Positions 38,514 to 48,631 of a stretch of 64,000 nucleotides of DNA are shown here, one piece after another. The notes below the pieces were generated by a model that saw only the letters and a list, made by a program, of their open reading frames with translations, ran no database searches and was not told where the DNA came from. Every line of letters begins with the position of its first letter. Positions within the stretch are counted from its first letter, which is position 1. The position numbers and the translations under genes were made by a program. The stretch is taken from IMG/VR virus record IMGVR_UViG_3300022888_000583, one strand, 5' to 3'. The stretch is from a virus.

Positions 38514-40877
38514 TTATTTTGAAGTCATTAAGAATTTTTTATTCATCACTTTCGAGACTTCGATTACAGATGTCACGTCAATAAACTGTGCATCTTTTCC
38601 ATACATTCTGCGGAAATCATTACCGTCACTTCCGTGACCGCTTCCACCGACATAGTATGAAATTATTTCCATACCCATACCACGTAATTTCTTAATGGCT
38701 GTTCTAGTTTGTTCAATTGCGTTTTGTCCGCCGTAATTAGCTCCTGGGAAGTAAGGCATTCCGTCTGAAAAATTCAAGAAGAATTGTTCACGTCCACCGT
38801 CAGCTTTAAATACTTCATTCATTGAAGCTTCATAACATAATCCTTCTGGAGTACAAGAACTAAGTGATACCGCCGACATTACTTTGATATAGCGTTTGAT
38901 TGAATCTTTGCGACTATCATATACGACTGCAACAAATGGTAGTTCACGACCATTAACAGGCTGCTGACCTCTAATTGTAATTACCACATCAATGTTTCCA
39001 CTCATTTTCGATGCTTGTACAATCGCTGATACAGATTTTAAGACCTGATCCCAATAGCTACTCATTGAGCCACTAGCGTCGATTGAAATTTGTAGAAGAG
39101 CGTCTTTATACTGTTCGACCTGAAATTGATCGAATACATTCGCGTTTCCACATCCCAGTTCAGCGATAAGGCGTCTGTTGATTTTGCCAGTATCCTTACG
39201 TGGATAGGTTGTAGTACGAGTCTCATTTCGGACTTTAAGTTTCTTGCCAAGTAATTTACCTAAGACAATACCCTTTTTAATATCTTCTTCAGAGCTTCCA
39301 CTGCTGTAATATGATGGAGTAAAACAGTTAAACAAATTACTGGTCAACATTGAATCGGTTACTTTGTTAACTACCATACATTCAAGCTTTTCATAACTGC
39401 CGTTGAATTCAATCTTAGGCATTTTCACAGCCGCGTCTGAAAGTACTTCTAATTTTTCTTGAGTCTCAGTATCCACGGATTCTTTTTCAATATTTCCATT
39501 GATAAAATCTGCTTGTCTTTTCAAAGCTTCAGCTAATTTTTCAGCTGCCTTTTTACCAAGTTTTCTATTGCCCCTTTTGCCGAGCATTTTCTTAATATTT
39601 TCTTTAATTTCGTCAGTAGTATCCTGTCCGTAATTTCCAGACTGATCTCCACTATCCCCATCTTTTTCATCATCGCCATCTTCGTCGGAATCTTCATCCC
39701 CACCAGAACCATCGGAGTCCTTTTCTTCCTCAGTATCTTCGTCCCCGCCTCCGCCGGAACCATCTTCGGAATCTTTATCTTCCCCGTCTTCTTTTTCTTC
39801 ATCTCCGCCAGAACCACCGCCATCTTCAGATTCTTCATCTTCATTTGAACCGTTGTTGGAACCCTCGCCGCCTTCGCCGCCCTCGTTCTCTTCTTTTTCG
39901 TCCTGATCCTTTTTATCTTTTTTCTCTTCTTCGTCATCTTCAGTTTGGTCATCCCAGTTATTACCGGGTTGTGGAGAACCTTCTCCATCACCATCACCGA
40001 GTTGACATTCACCGTCACCCTTGCTGGGCTTTCCATCTTTGCTGGATTTTCCTTTGTTACCCTTTTTCTCTTTTTGCTTTTTCAAAGGATCGATATATTC
40101 CAAAATGGTATCGAAAATTGAAATGGCCACCTGCAGTACTTCTTCAGTACTGATAAGACGACCGATATTTGGTAAGTCAATAAGATTGTAAATTTCCTGT
40201 AAGCCAGCCAAGTCGGTTGGTTGTACATATGGATTTACAATGTTGGTAATATAAAACATATACGATTCGAAATTTTCCTTACCACGAGCCTGACCACTTC
40301 TAATCATATCAGAAATTTCTTCAGAGTTCCAGTAACGGTCATATAGTGAATCGTAGTATCCAGTGTATCCCGGAGAAGTACGATAGATGAAACTATCAAT
40401 TCTACGGTCTTCAACGATATTGGTTAATATCATTAATGCTTGGATGATTTGTTCATCCACAAATTTTAATTTACGAGCCTTAATAACCACATCCCGCATT
40501 TTACTATTTAGGTGTGTAGTAACCATACTAGGAAGTCTTTTGAGTAAATCAAAATCACTTAATAAAATATGTGAACCCTCATGGAGAGCCAAACCTACAA
40601 CCGAGTCAAATGTTTCGGGGTTAATTTTAGATGTAATAAAAACGTCTTCACCAGTGGTGGCAGACATTCCTTGATTGTTGTTGAAAAACTTCACGGGAAT
40701 ATTTTTCCCAGATACAATCCTTACAAAGTTTCCAATAGAGCGTTGGTATTTTGACAATTCGAAAATGTCAATTTCATCACCTTCACCGAGTTTTCGTTCC
40801 CAGTAATCGCCCAGCCAGAAGTTAGAAGTTTTAGTATCTTTTTTTCCGTCTTTTAATTTTGGTGCAAATAATCCCAT
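38514..40877 (-). CDS. VWA-domain protein (MIDAS DASGSMSS) with an N-terminal HExxH motif (LALHEGSHIL) and a ~170-aa acidic Asp/Glu/Gly low-complexity linker; partner of the MoxR ATPase
   Basis: 787 aa; DxSGS at the C-terminal VWA; HEGSH near the N-terminus; purine-rich repeats at 39600-40060. Confidence 0.65.
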   Translation of the reverse strand: MGLFAPKLKDGKKDTKTSNFWLGDYWERKLGEGDEIDIFELSKYQRSIGNFVRIVSGKNIPVKFFNNNQGMSATTGEDVFITSKINPETFDSVVGLALHEGSHILLSDFDLLKRLPSMVTTHLNSKMRDVVIKARKLKFVDEQIIQALMILTNIVEDRRIDSFIYRTSPGYTGYYDSLYDRYWNSEEISDMIRSGQARGKENFESYMFYITNIVNPYVQPTDLAGLQEIYNLIDLPNIGRLISTEEVLQVAISIFDTILEYIDPLKKQKEKKGNKGKSSKDGKPSKGDGECQLGDGDGEGSPQPGNNWDDQTEDDEEEKKDKKDQDEKEENEGGEGGEGSNNGSNEDEESEDGGGSGGDEEKEDGEDKDSEDGSGGGGDEDTEEEKDSDGSGGDEDSDEDGDDEKDGDSGDQSGNYGQDTTDEIKENIKKMLGKRGNRKLGKKAAEKLAEALKRQADFINGNIEKESVDTETQEKLEVLSDAAVKMPKIEFNGSYEKLECMVVNKVTDSMLTSNLFNCFTPSYYSSGSSEEDIKKGIVLGKLLGKKLKVRNETRTTTYPRKDTGKINRRLIAELGCGNANVFDQFQVEQYKDALLQISIDASGSMSSYWDQVLKSVSAIVQASKMSGNIDVVITIRGQQPVNGRELPFVAVVYDSRKDSIKRYIKVMSAVSLSSCTPEGLCYEASMNEVFKADGGREQFFLNFSDGMPYFPGANYGGQNAIEQTRTAIKKLRGMGMEIISYYVGGSGHGSDGNDFRRMYGKDAQFIDVTSVIEVSKVMNKKFLMTSK

Positions 40878-40894
40878 TTTTTATCCTTTTTCTT

Positions 40895-40944
40895 TCATAC
40901 CTGAAGATACAAGATATTTATGACAAAGTCAAGCGTTATTTTAC
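40895..40944 (-). promoter_or_regulatory. copy 12 of the promoter motif
   Basis: Full consensus. Confidence 0.55.
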
Positions 40945-41915
40945 GCTTTTGCTTTCTTTTTTTCATATCTGATTTTAATTTTTCCGTATGTTGTGTTAAT
41001 CTTATTTACCTGACGAGGTGTAATAAAATTACGACTATTCAGTTGTCTCTTGATGGAAACAATTGTGTCGTATGATGTGTACTGACCAGCTATAGGCCTG
41101 CCAATTAGATTGGCGTCCACGTATTCAATCATTCCAATAAGTTCATCGACCTTTGAATTGATTTTGAGGAGAGCAGATTCTCTAGCCAAGATATTCTCAG
41201 GACTGTTCTGTTCTACTATACGATTGATAATAACTTCCATTTTGGGAGAAATGTTACGACCCTGTATCAGAGCGTTAAACATATCCCTATCAAAAGGTTT
41301 GGCTGTACCATTATCCACAATACCCTTAAGTACTGAAATCTGTTCCCTGTAAGTAACAAAATTGTACTTAACTTTTTCAATGGATTCACGAAGATATGAA
41401 GCGAAGCTATCAGAGATAACCTTGCCATGTACGATGTAATCGTATCCACTTCTAATGACGCCTCCGCCATAACCAGCTTCCATAATATCTTTAATGATGG
41501 GAAGCTCCTCAGCGAATTCGACTAAATTCTTCTCACGGGTCTTACGAGCCTTAGCGGCCTTAGCAAGTTCCCTGACATTCCTACTGATGTTCATAACCAG
41601 TGGATCGTTTTGTCCAAGAATCAAAGCCAGACAATCAATGCCCACTTTGTAATTGGTAATCCCGTTCATATTCGATGCTTCAATAACTGAAACATACCTG
41701 AGATGTGATCCACAAAAATCACATTTGGGTGTTAAATCCAAATCATTGTCACCCTTACGTTCTACGATTTTTCCATTGGCTTCCATAACAGAATCCCTGA
41801 ATTGTGAATCAAATACAAAAACGCCAGTCATATCATTTTCTTCAACGATATGCCTGACGTCCAATTTCCATCTTTTGCTTATTTCTTTTTTCAATTTATT
41901 CTCTTTTCTTATCAT
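40941..41915 (-). CDS. hypothetical protein (324 aa) with a CxxC zinc-ribbon segment
   Basis: ORF directly after motif copy 13. Confidence 0.5.
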   Translation of the reverse strand: MIRKENKLKKEISKRWKLDVRHIVEENDMTGVFVFDSQFRDSVMEANGKIVERKGDNDLDLTPKCDFCGSHLRYVSVIEASNMNGITNYKVGIDCLALILGQNDPLVMNISRNVRELAKAAKARKTREKNLVEFAEELPIIKDIMEAGYGGGVIRSGYDYIVHGKVISDSFASYLRESIEKVKYNFVTYREQISVLKGIVDNGTAKPFDRDMFNALIQGRNISPKMEVIINRIVEQNSPENILARESALLKINSKVDELIGMIEYVDANLIGRPIAGQYTSYDTIVSIKRQLNSRNFITPRQVNKINTTYGKIKIRYEKKKAKA

Positions 41916-41960
41916 ACCTGAAGATACAAGATTATATTGACAAAGTCAAGCGTTTTCTTT
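41912..41960 (-). promoter_or_regulatory. copy 13 of the promoter motif
   Basis: Full consensus. Confidence 0.55.
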
Positions 41961-42168
41961 AAAAAACTTCGATTATTTTGCTCTCTTTAATTGATTTAAC
42001 ATCGAAATCCATCGCTGTGCCTTCCAGAAATTTGTAGACTGCGGCCTCCACAATGGTTGGGGTGTCGCCTTTGACCAAATATTTTTCGGTCTTTTTCTTT
42101 TCTTTTGTTCCATTTCTAGTTTCAATAATCTCTACAAATACAACATCTGCTTCAAAGTACTTTTCCAT
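41959..42168 (-). CDS. hypothetical protein (69 aa)
   Basis: ORF. Confidence 0.4.
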   Translation of the reverse strand: MEKYFEADVVFVEIIETRNGTKEKKKTEKYLVKGDTPTIVEAAVYKFLEGTAMDFDVKSIKESKIIEVF

Positions 42169-42320
42169 ATAACCTTATTCTCCTTTTGTGATATATTTGT
42201 ATATCGTTTTGGCATTTTCTATTAAACTTGAAGTGTCACCACAACATCCCGATCCACTTGCTAGTTCTAAAGCCATTAATCTGTAATCTCTTTTTTGTTC
42301 ATCTGTAATCATAGTATAAC

Positions 42321-42554
42321 CTATTCCTCTCCATATAATGAGAATTGTTTTGGTGGCTCCGGTTGTTTTTCAGGGTCAGGTCGAACCACAAATACCTTAC
42401 CTTCTTTTGCATCAATATGAAATTCCGTTAGACCGGTTGTTTCAAATGCATATTGTAATCCTTCTGTTAAACTGATGAATATTTCTTCAGTACTATCGTG
42501 TACATCTACCCATCTATCACCAGGAGGATATCTTTTTAGAATCGCTTCACGCAT
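42321..42554 (-). CDS. hypothetical protein (77 aa)
   Basis: ORF; ATG one codon after the TAA of the upstream gene. Confidence 0.4.
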   Translation of the reverse strand: MREAILKRYPPGDRWVDVHDSTEEIFISLTEGLQYAFETTGLTEFHIDAKEGKVFVVRPDPEKQPEPPKQFSLYGEE

Positions 42555-42800
42555 TTACGACAACGATTCAGTTATCACATTTTTCGGTTGTGCACCGACA
42601 AATCGTTTTATTTCATTTCCATCTTCTTCAATAACCACGGTGGGTACTGATCGGATGCTATATTTTTGAGCGGACATCCTGTCCAAATCGATGTCCATTA
42701 TCTGAACTGAATAACCCTCAGCGGCTATTTGTTCCATTATTGGTTTAAAATGCTGACAGGGCGTGCATCATTGGGCCGAGAAATATTTTGCTACTTTCAT
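42555..42800 (-). CDS. glutaredoxin/NrdH-like thioredoxin-fold protein (81 aa); active site read as W-C-T-P-C with the W encoded by TGA
   Basis: MKVAKYFSAQ-[TGA]-CTPCQHFKP...RSVPTVVIEEDG; the TGA sits exactly at the conserved Trp of WCxPC; stop TAA. Confidence 0.65.
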
Positions 42801-42802
42801 AT

Positions 42803-43798
42803 CTATTTTCCTTTTTCCATTTTCATATAATTTTGTTCTACTAATTTTTCCGTCCAGCTTTGAGTAATATATTCAAAGGTAAATGTTGCCCCATGTATCT
42901 TAGAATACGCCTGTGCGATTTTCTGGGGATGGAATTTTCCAATATCCATCGTTTTGCCATCACCAAATACCAGTACTGTTTTGTTTCTAACTTCAGGACC
43001 ACTATATACAATGGCGTCCTGACTATATTTTTTACCCAATTTCTTTATCAAATCATATGATATTCCGGGTACGAATAGACTAGGCTCTTTTGTATTTACC
43101 AATTTGTCCTTTGATACATTTGCATAATCTGCACCATCTGGAGCCTCTTGCCAATGACCTTCCATTTTGAAAAATCCCAATCCTCTACTTTTCAGTATCG
43201 CTTCAAGTTGGTGCAATCCGGCCATATTTTGTTTCCGAGTATTACCTGCTCTCCATGATGTCAATATTCCATACGATTCGGCTTTTTGCTTTTGGGTGTG
43301 TTGCCATACTCTACCCAATGACATTTCATTCAATTTTTCTGAATTGCCCCGAGCTTTAAAAATATCCAATATGGAAATCCCATCTTTGAATTTAAATGCC
43401 TCATTCCATTGTAAAACTTCACGACTACTACTCACTTCCAATTTATTATTTTTTACCGCCAATAATCTAAATGTAAAAAAAATGGAACCTTTTTTGCTCA
43501 CTTTGTACGTTCAATCCCACAAAGCATTTTTGTGCCGTTTTGCCCAAAGCCAAGTTTCAGCAGTTCAAGAACCCCTAACATTTCTAGTTCTAATCCAGCC
43601 CCTTTTCATGGCCGCTATCATTATTTCTTCTCGAGCTTTACCTTCATGCCCCAATGGTTCACCATGCTTCTTAAATAATTCTCTGATTTTCTCAATAGTA
43701 GTACCAAATGTTTTTGGCTCTTTAATCATATAATCAATATGAGTAGTTGGTACTTCGTGTATAACTCCTCATTTTGATATCCAATATGCTTCCGTCAT
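42803..43798 (-). CDS. hypothetical protein (~332 aa) with at least 4 in-frame TGA and also TGG Trp codons
   Basis: ATG at 43798 is in frame with ORF 42803..43501 through TGA codons (...ISKWGV..., ...RGSWTAETWLW..., ...ALWDWTYK...). Confidence 0.5.
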
Positions 43799-43938
43799 AA
43801 TAATTAGTTCCTTTCGTCTATTAATATATATAAGCCCACATTAGAAAGCACACTTTTATTTAGCATTAATCAGGGCATATTAAAAAATATGCCCCGATTC
43901 AAATGAAAAAAGATTCTGTTTTTTGGGAATTACATTAT

Positions 43939-44841
43939 CTTAGTACCGCACGATGCACAATACTTCCAACCTTTTCTTGTTTTCACACCACATCCGGTGC
44001 AATATACAACCAAGTCCTTCTTTTCATTCGGCTTCTGGCTCACTGGCAACAAATGATATTCTACAAAATGAGAACGTCACGCATTGAATGTGCCAAATTC
44101 GGTAACAAATTCCTGTTTAGATTCGGAACCTTTGTCCACTCTACCAGTTTCAACGGATTTTTTTTGCTTTGAAACCCTAAGCTGATCACGGGGGTTAGCC
44201 GCTCCCAAGCCCACATTGCCATTGCTGGTAAGTGTAACATTTGAATTGGTGAACGCGGTGGTGGAATCTGTTAATAGCATTCTAGCATCACCTCCCGTTG
44301 AACTTCCCGACCCTACAAAATAATTACCGGCACTGATGCCATCATAAACAAATGGATTCGAATACAAGTATGGATTCGTTGTGGTTCAGGTTGTCGTCGT
44401 TGTTAACCAATTTGGAAAATACTCAATTTCATCGTAAAACTCTACGGTCACAACTCCATTATTTCTAATGGCATGTTTAACCGCATCGGTGTCTTCAACA
44501 TCATATGTACTAAATAAAAACCTTTTTGAGTTATTTAGAAACCTTTCTAAGTACTGATGTTCACCCGGTTTTAAGATGAAGCCGGCATCGCTTATGTAAC
44601 TGCCATTGACCAATATCTTGGCCAATCACTTTTTTGTACTGTGATTCGTTAATTCTATCTCGAATTCAGTACCATCTTTTAAATAGATATTACTACCGTA
44701 TTTCTTAATTCTGTTTTTTTTGATTGAAATGTCTGCGTCTGGATATCGCACATTTTCACGAATTGCTACGTTATTACTCATAACTTCTTCTCCCTTGCTT
44801 TTAGCTACACTCACCTTATAGATTGTTGCCGGAATTGACAA
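43939..44841 (-). CDS. hypothetical protein (~300 aa) formed by three track ORFs joined through 3 in-frame TGA; C-terminal CxxC...CxxC zinc ribbon
   Basis: TGA at 44626, 44386 and 44077; the frame runs to TAA at 43939-43941. Confidence 0.5.
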
Positions 44842-45234
44842 CTCCAGAGATTATCATAATCTCCTACAAAATGAATTGAGACCTTTATATAATTAAATAT
44901 AAGGAAACTAAAAAATGTCAGGAGAATAATGACCAAAAATTTAATATTTCGTCAATGAAATTTTCTTTATAATATATCCGAGCCATAGCCCTTTTATGTT
45001 TATTCTTCATTTCCTGATCTTTCATCCGATTATGCATGGCTGTAATATCATACGATTTTTTTCTTTTCATCTGAAATATCAGATAGCAATGTTCCACCAA
45101 CCGCGTGCCATCCATCCTCATCAAATGCCACCGCTGTCAATGGTTCGGGTGTCCATGTAAATCCCGTTTGAGTTAATAATTCATCCATCGTTCTTTCCTA
45201 ACATTATAAGGTGATTCATACATCTCACCTAATT

Positions 45235-45912
45235 TTATTTTGTATCTTCTTCTTCTAAGTTAATATCTTTAACCTCGGTATCACTCTCACCTAAAGTTTT
45301 TAAGTATTTCCTCTTTACCCTTTTATCTAAATAATAGATATAAATATTTTTTGATACTCTGGTCTCCCAAAAGATATTAGGATCACCAGCATCGTATCGA
45401 GCTTTGATAGCTCTACCATACGGCCGTTTGTCCTGATTCAATGTCCTAGAATGATATTGCCTACCATCTACCATCAGTACCTTGCCCGCCGCGGTAACAC
45501 CCGCTCGGTGGAAATTGGTAGCTTGATATATAATACCTTCATGACCATAATGCCTGTCCGCAAATGATACAATCACTTCACAGTCGGTATTCTTTTTTAG
45601 CCATTTAAAGGTTTGACCAATGAAATAGCTTTCAGTATTTTTTGGGGTGTCATCTATACAGACTAACCTCCTCAGTTCCCAACATCTCAATGGGTTGTCT
45701 GGATTATATTTGCTAGCGATTGCTGGCATTCCTGGGTTGCCATATATCATGGCACCTATCATATCATACAATCCAAATTTATTTTCCTTTAACAACGCAA
45801 AACAATGCAACGAGTGGACACCATTAATATTATGTGAATAATGATGCTTCTCTATAAACGCCGATATCTGTTTGCGTGGAACTTCTCTAACTATAAATTC
45901 AGTTACGCTCAT
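45235..45912 (-). CDS. hypothetical protein (225 aa; IEKHHYSH motif; possibly a Mom-like modification enzyme)
   Basis: ORF; ATG directly after the TAA of the RNA ligase gene. Confidence 0.45.
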   Translation of the reverse strand: MSVTEFIVREVPRKQISAFIEKHHYSHNINGVHSLHCFALLKENKFGLYDMIGAMIYGNPGMPAIASKYNPDNPLRCWELRRLVCIDDTPKNTESYFIGQTFKWLKKNTDCEVIVSFADRHYGHEGIIYQATNFHRAGVTAAGKVLMVDGRQYHSRTLNQDKRPYGRAIKARYDAGDPNIFWETRVSKNIYIYYLDKRVKRKYLKTLGESDTEVKDINLEEEDTK

Positions 45913-46998
45913 TTATTTATCTTCACTCCTCATACCCATTCCTACAAATCCAGTAGTCAATACTGGTTTGATTGATTTCCAGATCAAGTCTGAATAATCC
46001 CAGTCCTTTTTCATTTTGAATAATATAGACCTGTGAGTTTCTTCCTTTACTCGATCCGCAAAGTCACGCTGAACTTCAGATTCTTCTGGTGCCTCTGGAT
46101 AGTGTGAGTAAAACATTTTCATATTTTCCATGACCCTATTATAATCACTAAGTGCTTCACGCTCTACTTTATTATATTCCATAGTCAGTTGACTACATAT
46201 TGAGTTAGCCCATCTGTGTAATTCGTCTGGTATGCCAATTATGACATCCTGAACATTACCACCACTTGACAATGTTTCCCAAATCGTTTTTTCATTTATT
46301 CTAGTTACAACCCTATGCTTTTCAACATAGTTGGCAAATTTAACCTTAACCCTATATCCATCGAATAAGCATACAAAACCTTCTTCATTTTCCAAATCAA
46401 GTTCCTGTAATTGTGCCAATGTCATTTCATCGAAATCGAATTTCTTAACAACTTCAAATCCCAATTCATAATCGAGCGTCTCGTTAGCCGTATCATTATC
46501 CATAATAGTAAGCAATACCAAATCGTCTTTGGTTCCATAGTCAACTACGATTCTACCAGTTGGTGAAATCAATTCGAATATATAGGTTTTGCCTTCTTCT
46601 ATCTTATCGATAAAATCATCGTGTTTGGATTCCAATATTTCCTTACCGTAAATCGCGGTGTCTGATGTAAATGATCCTCTGGACACAACCAATGTCTGAC
46701 CTTGATATTTGAATATCTCAATAAGTGAACCATCCAATTTTTCGAAGACTACCATTTCTGTATCTTCTGGAATGTTTGCTTCAGGTTCTTCGTAGTTGAA
46801 AAACTTAGGTAATGGGCGAGCAACAATGTTGCCCTCACCATCAAGAACCAAACCACGACACATCATAGTCCATTCATTCCAATGTCTTTCGAATTGGGCA
46901 GACTGGGTATAATTGTATATGTACAAATCTAGATCAGGATGCTTGTTGACCCTAATATATTTTTTATCGATCTCTTCCTGGGGTATTTTTATTTTCAT
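45913..46998 (-). CDS. RNA ligase, T4 Rnl1-like
   Basis: Nucleotidyl-transferase motif I VFEKLDGSLIEIF (compare Rnl1 KEDGSL); motif V RVKVKF; 361 aa. Confidence 0.65.
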   Translation of the reverse strand: MKIKIPQEEIDKKYIRVNKHPDLDLYIYNYTQSAQFERHWNEWTMMCRGLVLDGEGNIVARPLPKFFNYEEPEANIPEDTEMVVFEKLDGSLIEIFKYQGQTLVVSRGSFTSDTAIYGKEILESKHDDFIDKIEEGKTYIFELISPTGRIVVDYGTKDDLVLLTIMDNDTANETLDYELGFEVVKKFDFDEMTLAQLQELDLENEEGFVCLFDGYRVKVKFANYVEKHRVVTRINEKTIWETLSSGGNVQDVIIGIPDELHRWANSICSQLTMEYNKVEREALSDYNRVMENMKMFYSHYPEAPEESEVQRDFADRVKEETHRSILFKMKKDWDYSDLIWKSIKPVLTTGFVGMGMRSEDK

Positions 46999-47243
46999 TT
47001 CTTTTTCTTCCTTCGATCTTCTTCAGACCATTTGTCCCAATTCAACACATAATCTAATATGCATTCATGTCCCCATCTTTTTTTGTGTCTAACCCACCAT
47101 TTGTAAATAACAACATCGCTATCATCATAAGCAGATGGGCAAGTTCCTAGTACATGAATAAGAATTGGTTTTCTTGACCAACCGGGATATATGTGAAATT
47201 TATCACCAGCTTTAAAATTCTTAGTTACTATGTCAAAATTCAT
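46995..47243 (-). CDS. hypothetical protein (82 aa)
   Basis: ORF. Confidence 0.4.
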   Translation of the reverse strand: MNFDIVTKNFKAGDKFHIYPGWSRKPILIHVLGTCPSAYDDSDVVIYKWWVRHKKRWGHECILDYVLNWDKWSEEDRRKKKK

Positions 47244-47244
47244 T

Positions 47245-48027
47245 CTATTTGTCCTCGGTTATAATTAAGTCGTGGTAATATTCTTCATAGAAATCTACCA
47301 TCTGTTCACTAAAGAAATTCTTATCAGCATTCTCTGGTAGTCGTTTGTTTAACGCCACCTGAACCATTTCCTTCTGCAGGATGTCATCCAACGCCTTAGC
47401 GTGGGACTCGAATTCAGTTCCATTTTTGAATTCCTTACCGGCTCTGATATTTATCAACAAGTCCAAGTCTCGGCCTGAAAACTTAGTAGTCAGAGTTCCT
47501 TTGGTCATCATCTCAATTCCATTGATTAACATTCTGATAGTATGCATAGCATATTTAGAATCATACGCGTCATCCTTAGGACCATATTTATATTGTGGTC
47601 TGATTTGACCATGGCCAGCTCTATTGGAATTCCTAATCATTTGAGACCTAGCGAATCCGGCATAAGCCTTTCCCGACCTTTGGGTAATTAATTTATCCCT
47701 ATGGACAAGAAAATATTCATTGAATAGTGGATGTATCACTTTAATCATGTCATCCATAAATAGCAATTCAAAAATATTTGGGTTGGAATTCAATGCAAGT
47801 GAAATAAACTTATGCAGTGAATGCAACGCAATATCTTCTAACTTGTAACTTACCGATTCTCGTTTATTAAATCCATAAATCACATCTCTGGTATTTGCAA
47901 ATACTCCCCTGTAATCATAATCTGATTCTGGGGTGAAAGTACCATGCGCACGAGAACCATCCAATACTAAATATAGCAGATTCGGTTCGTCCTCTTGGAT
48001 CATGTTTACAATTTTTCGTTGTGCCAT
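47245..48027 (-). CDS. Pol-beta-like nucleotidyltransferase (GS...D.D motif)
   Basis: LYLVLDGSRAHGTFTPESDYDYRGVF. Confidence 0.5.
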   Translation of the reverse strand: MAQRKIVNMIQEDEPNLLYLVLDGSRAHGTFTPESDYDYRGVFANTRDVIYGFNKRESVSYKLEDIALHSLHKFISLALNSNPNIFELLFMDDMIKVIHPLFNEYFLVHRDKLITQRSGKAYAGFARSQMIRNSNRAGHGQIRPQYKYGPKDDAYDSKYAMHTIRMLINGIEMMTKGTLTTKFSGRDLDLLINIRAGKEFKNGTEFESHAKALDDILQKEMVQVALNKRLPENADKNFFSEQMVDFYEEYYHDLIITEDK

Positions 48028-48045
48028 TTTTTATCTCTTTTCTTC

Positions 48046-48093
48046 TACCCTGAAGATACAAGATAATATCCACAAAGTCAAGCGTTTTCTTTA
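48046..48093 (-). promoter_or_regulatory. copy 14 of the promoter motif
   Basis: ACCCTGAAGATACAAGATAATATCCACAAAGTCAAGCGTTTTCTT. Confidence 0.5.
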
Positions 48094-48294
48094 ATCTTTT
48101 CCCGTAAAATCTACTACGTCGACCATCTCATGTTCCACGTGAATATCGGGCAAATCGTCGGGTTGTCCCCATTCTTTTAATGCTACTGTGATTAGAGTTG
48201 CTAGGGTATTCCTAGCTGTTTCTGATGCTAAATTCAGTTGGCTTTCAGCTACATCCTCTAACACGTCTTTAATTATTTGTTTCGTTTTAGGCAT
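48091..48294 (-). CDS. hypothetical protein (67 aa)
   Basis: ORF. Confidence 0.35.
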   Translation of the reverse strand: MPKTKQIIKDVLEDVAESQLNLASETARNTLATLITVALKEWGQPDDLPDIHVEHEMVDVVDFTGKD

Positions 48295-48631
48295 AATCTT
48301 CCTCCTCGTCGGGGTAATTGACCCCGCAGTCTTTTACCATATCCCATAATAGAGATGATGGATATGTATCAAATACAACATCTTCGTTGCCGTATTTTTC
48401 CACTAAAATTTTAAATTCGGCATCGGTCATATCATTCATAAGACCACCAGATGCACAGAGTTCACAATGTACAACATCGATTCCCTCATCTTGAACCACT
48501 TTCCAATATGGACATGCGTTGATTTTATATACCCAACCGTTTTCTTCACATGGAAATTCCTTCGGTGTATAACAATATACTCCCTTTGGTACTACACTTT
48601 CATCTAGATTATTCACGCCCATGAAAATCAC
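48287..48631 (-). CDS. hypothetical Cys-rich protein (114 aa)
   Basis: ORF. Confidence 0.4.
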   Translation of the reverse strand: MIFMGVNNLDESVVPKGVYCYTPKEFPCEENGWVYKINACPYWKVVQDEGIDVVHCELCASGGLMNDMTDAEFKILVEKYGNEDVVFDTYPSSLLWDMVKDCGVNYPDEEEDYA

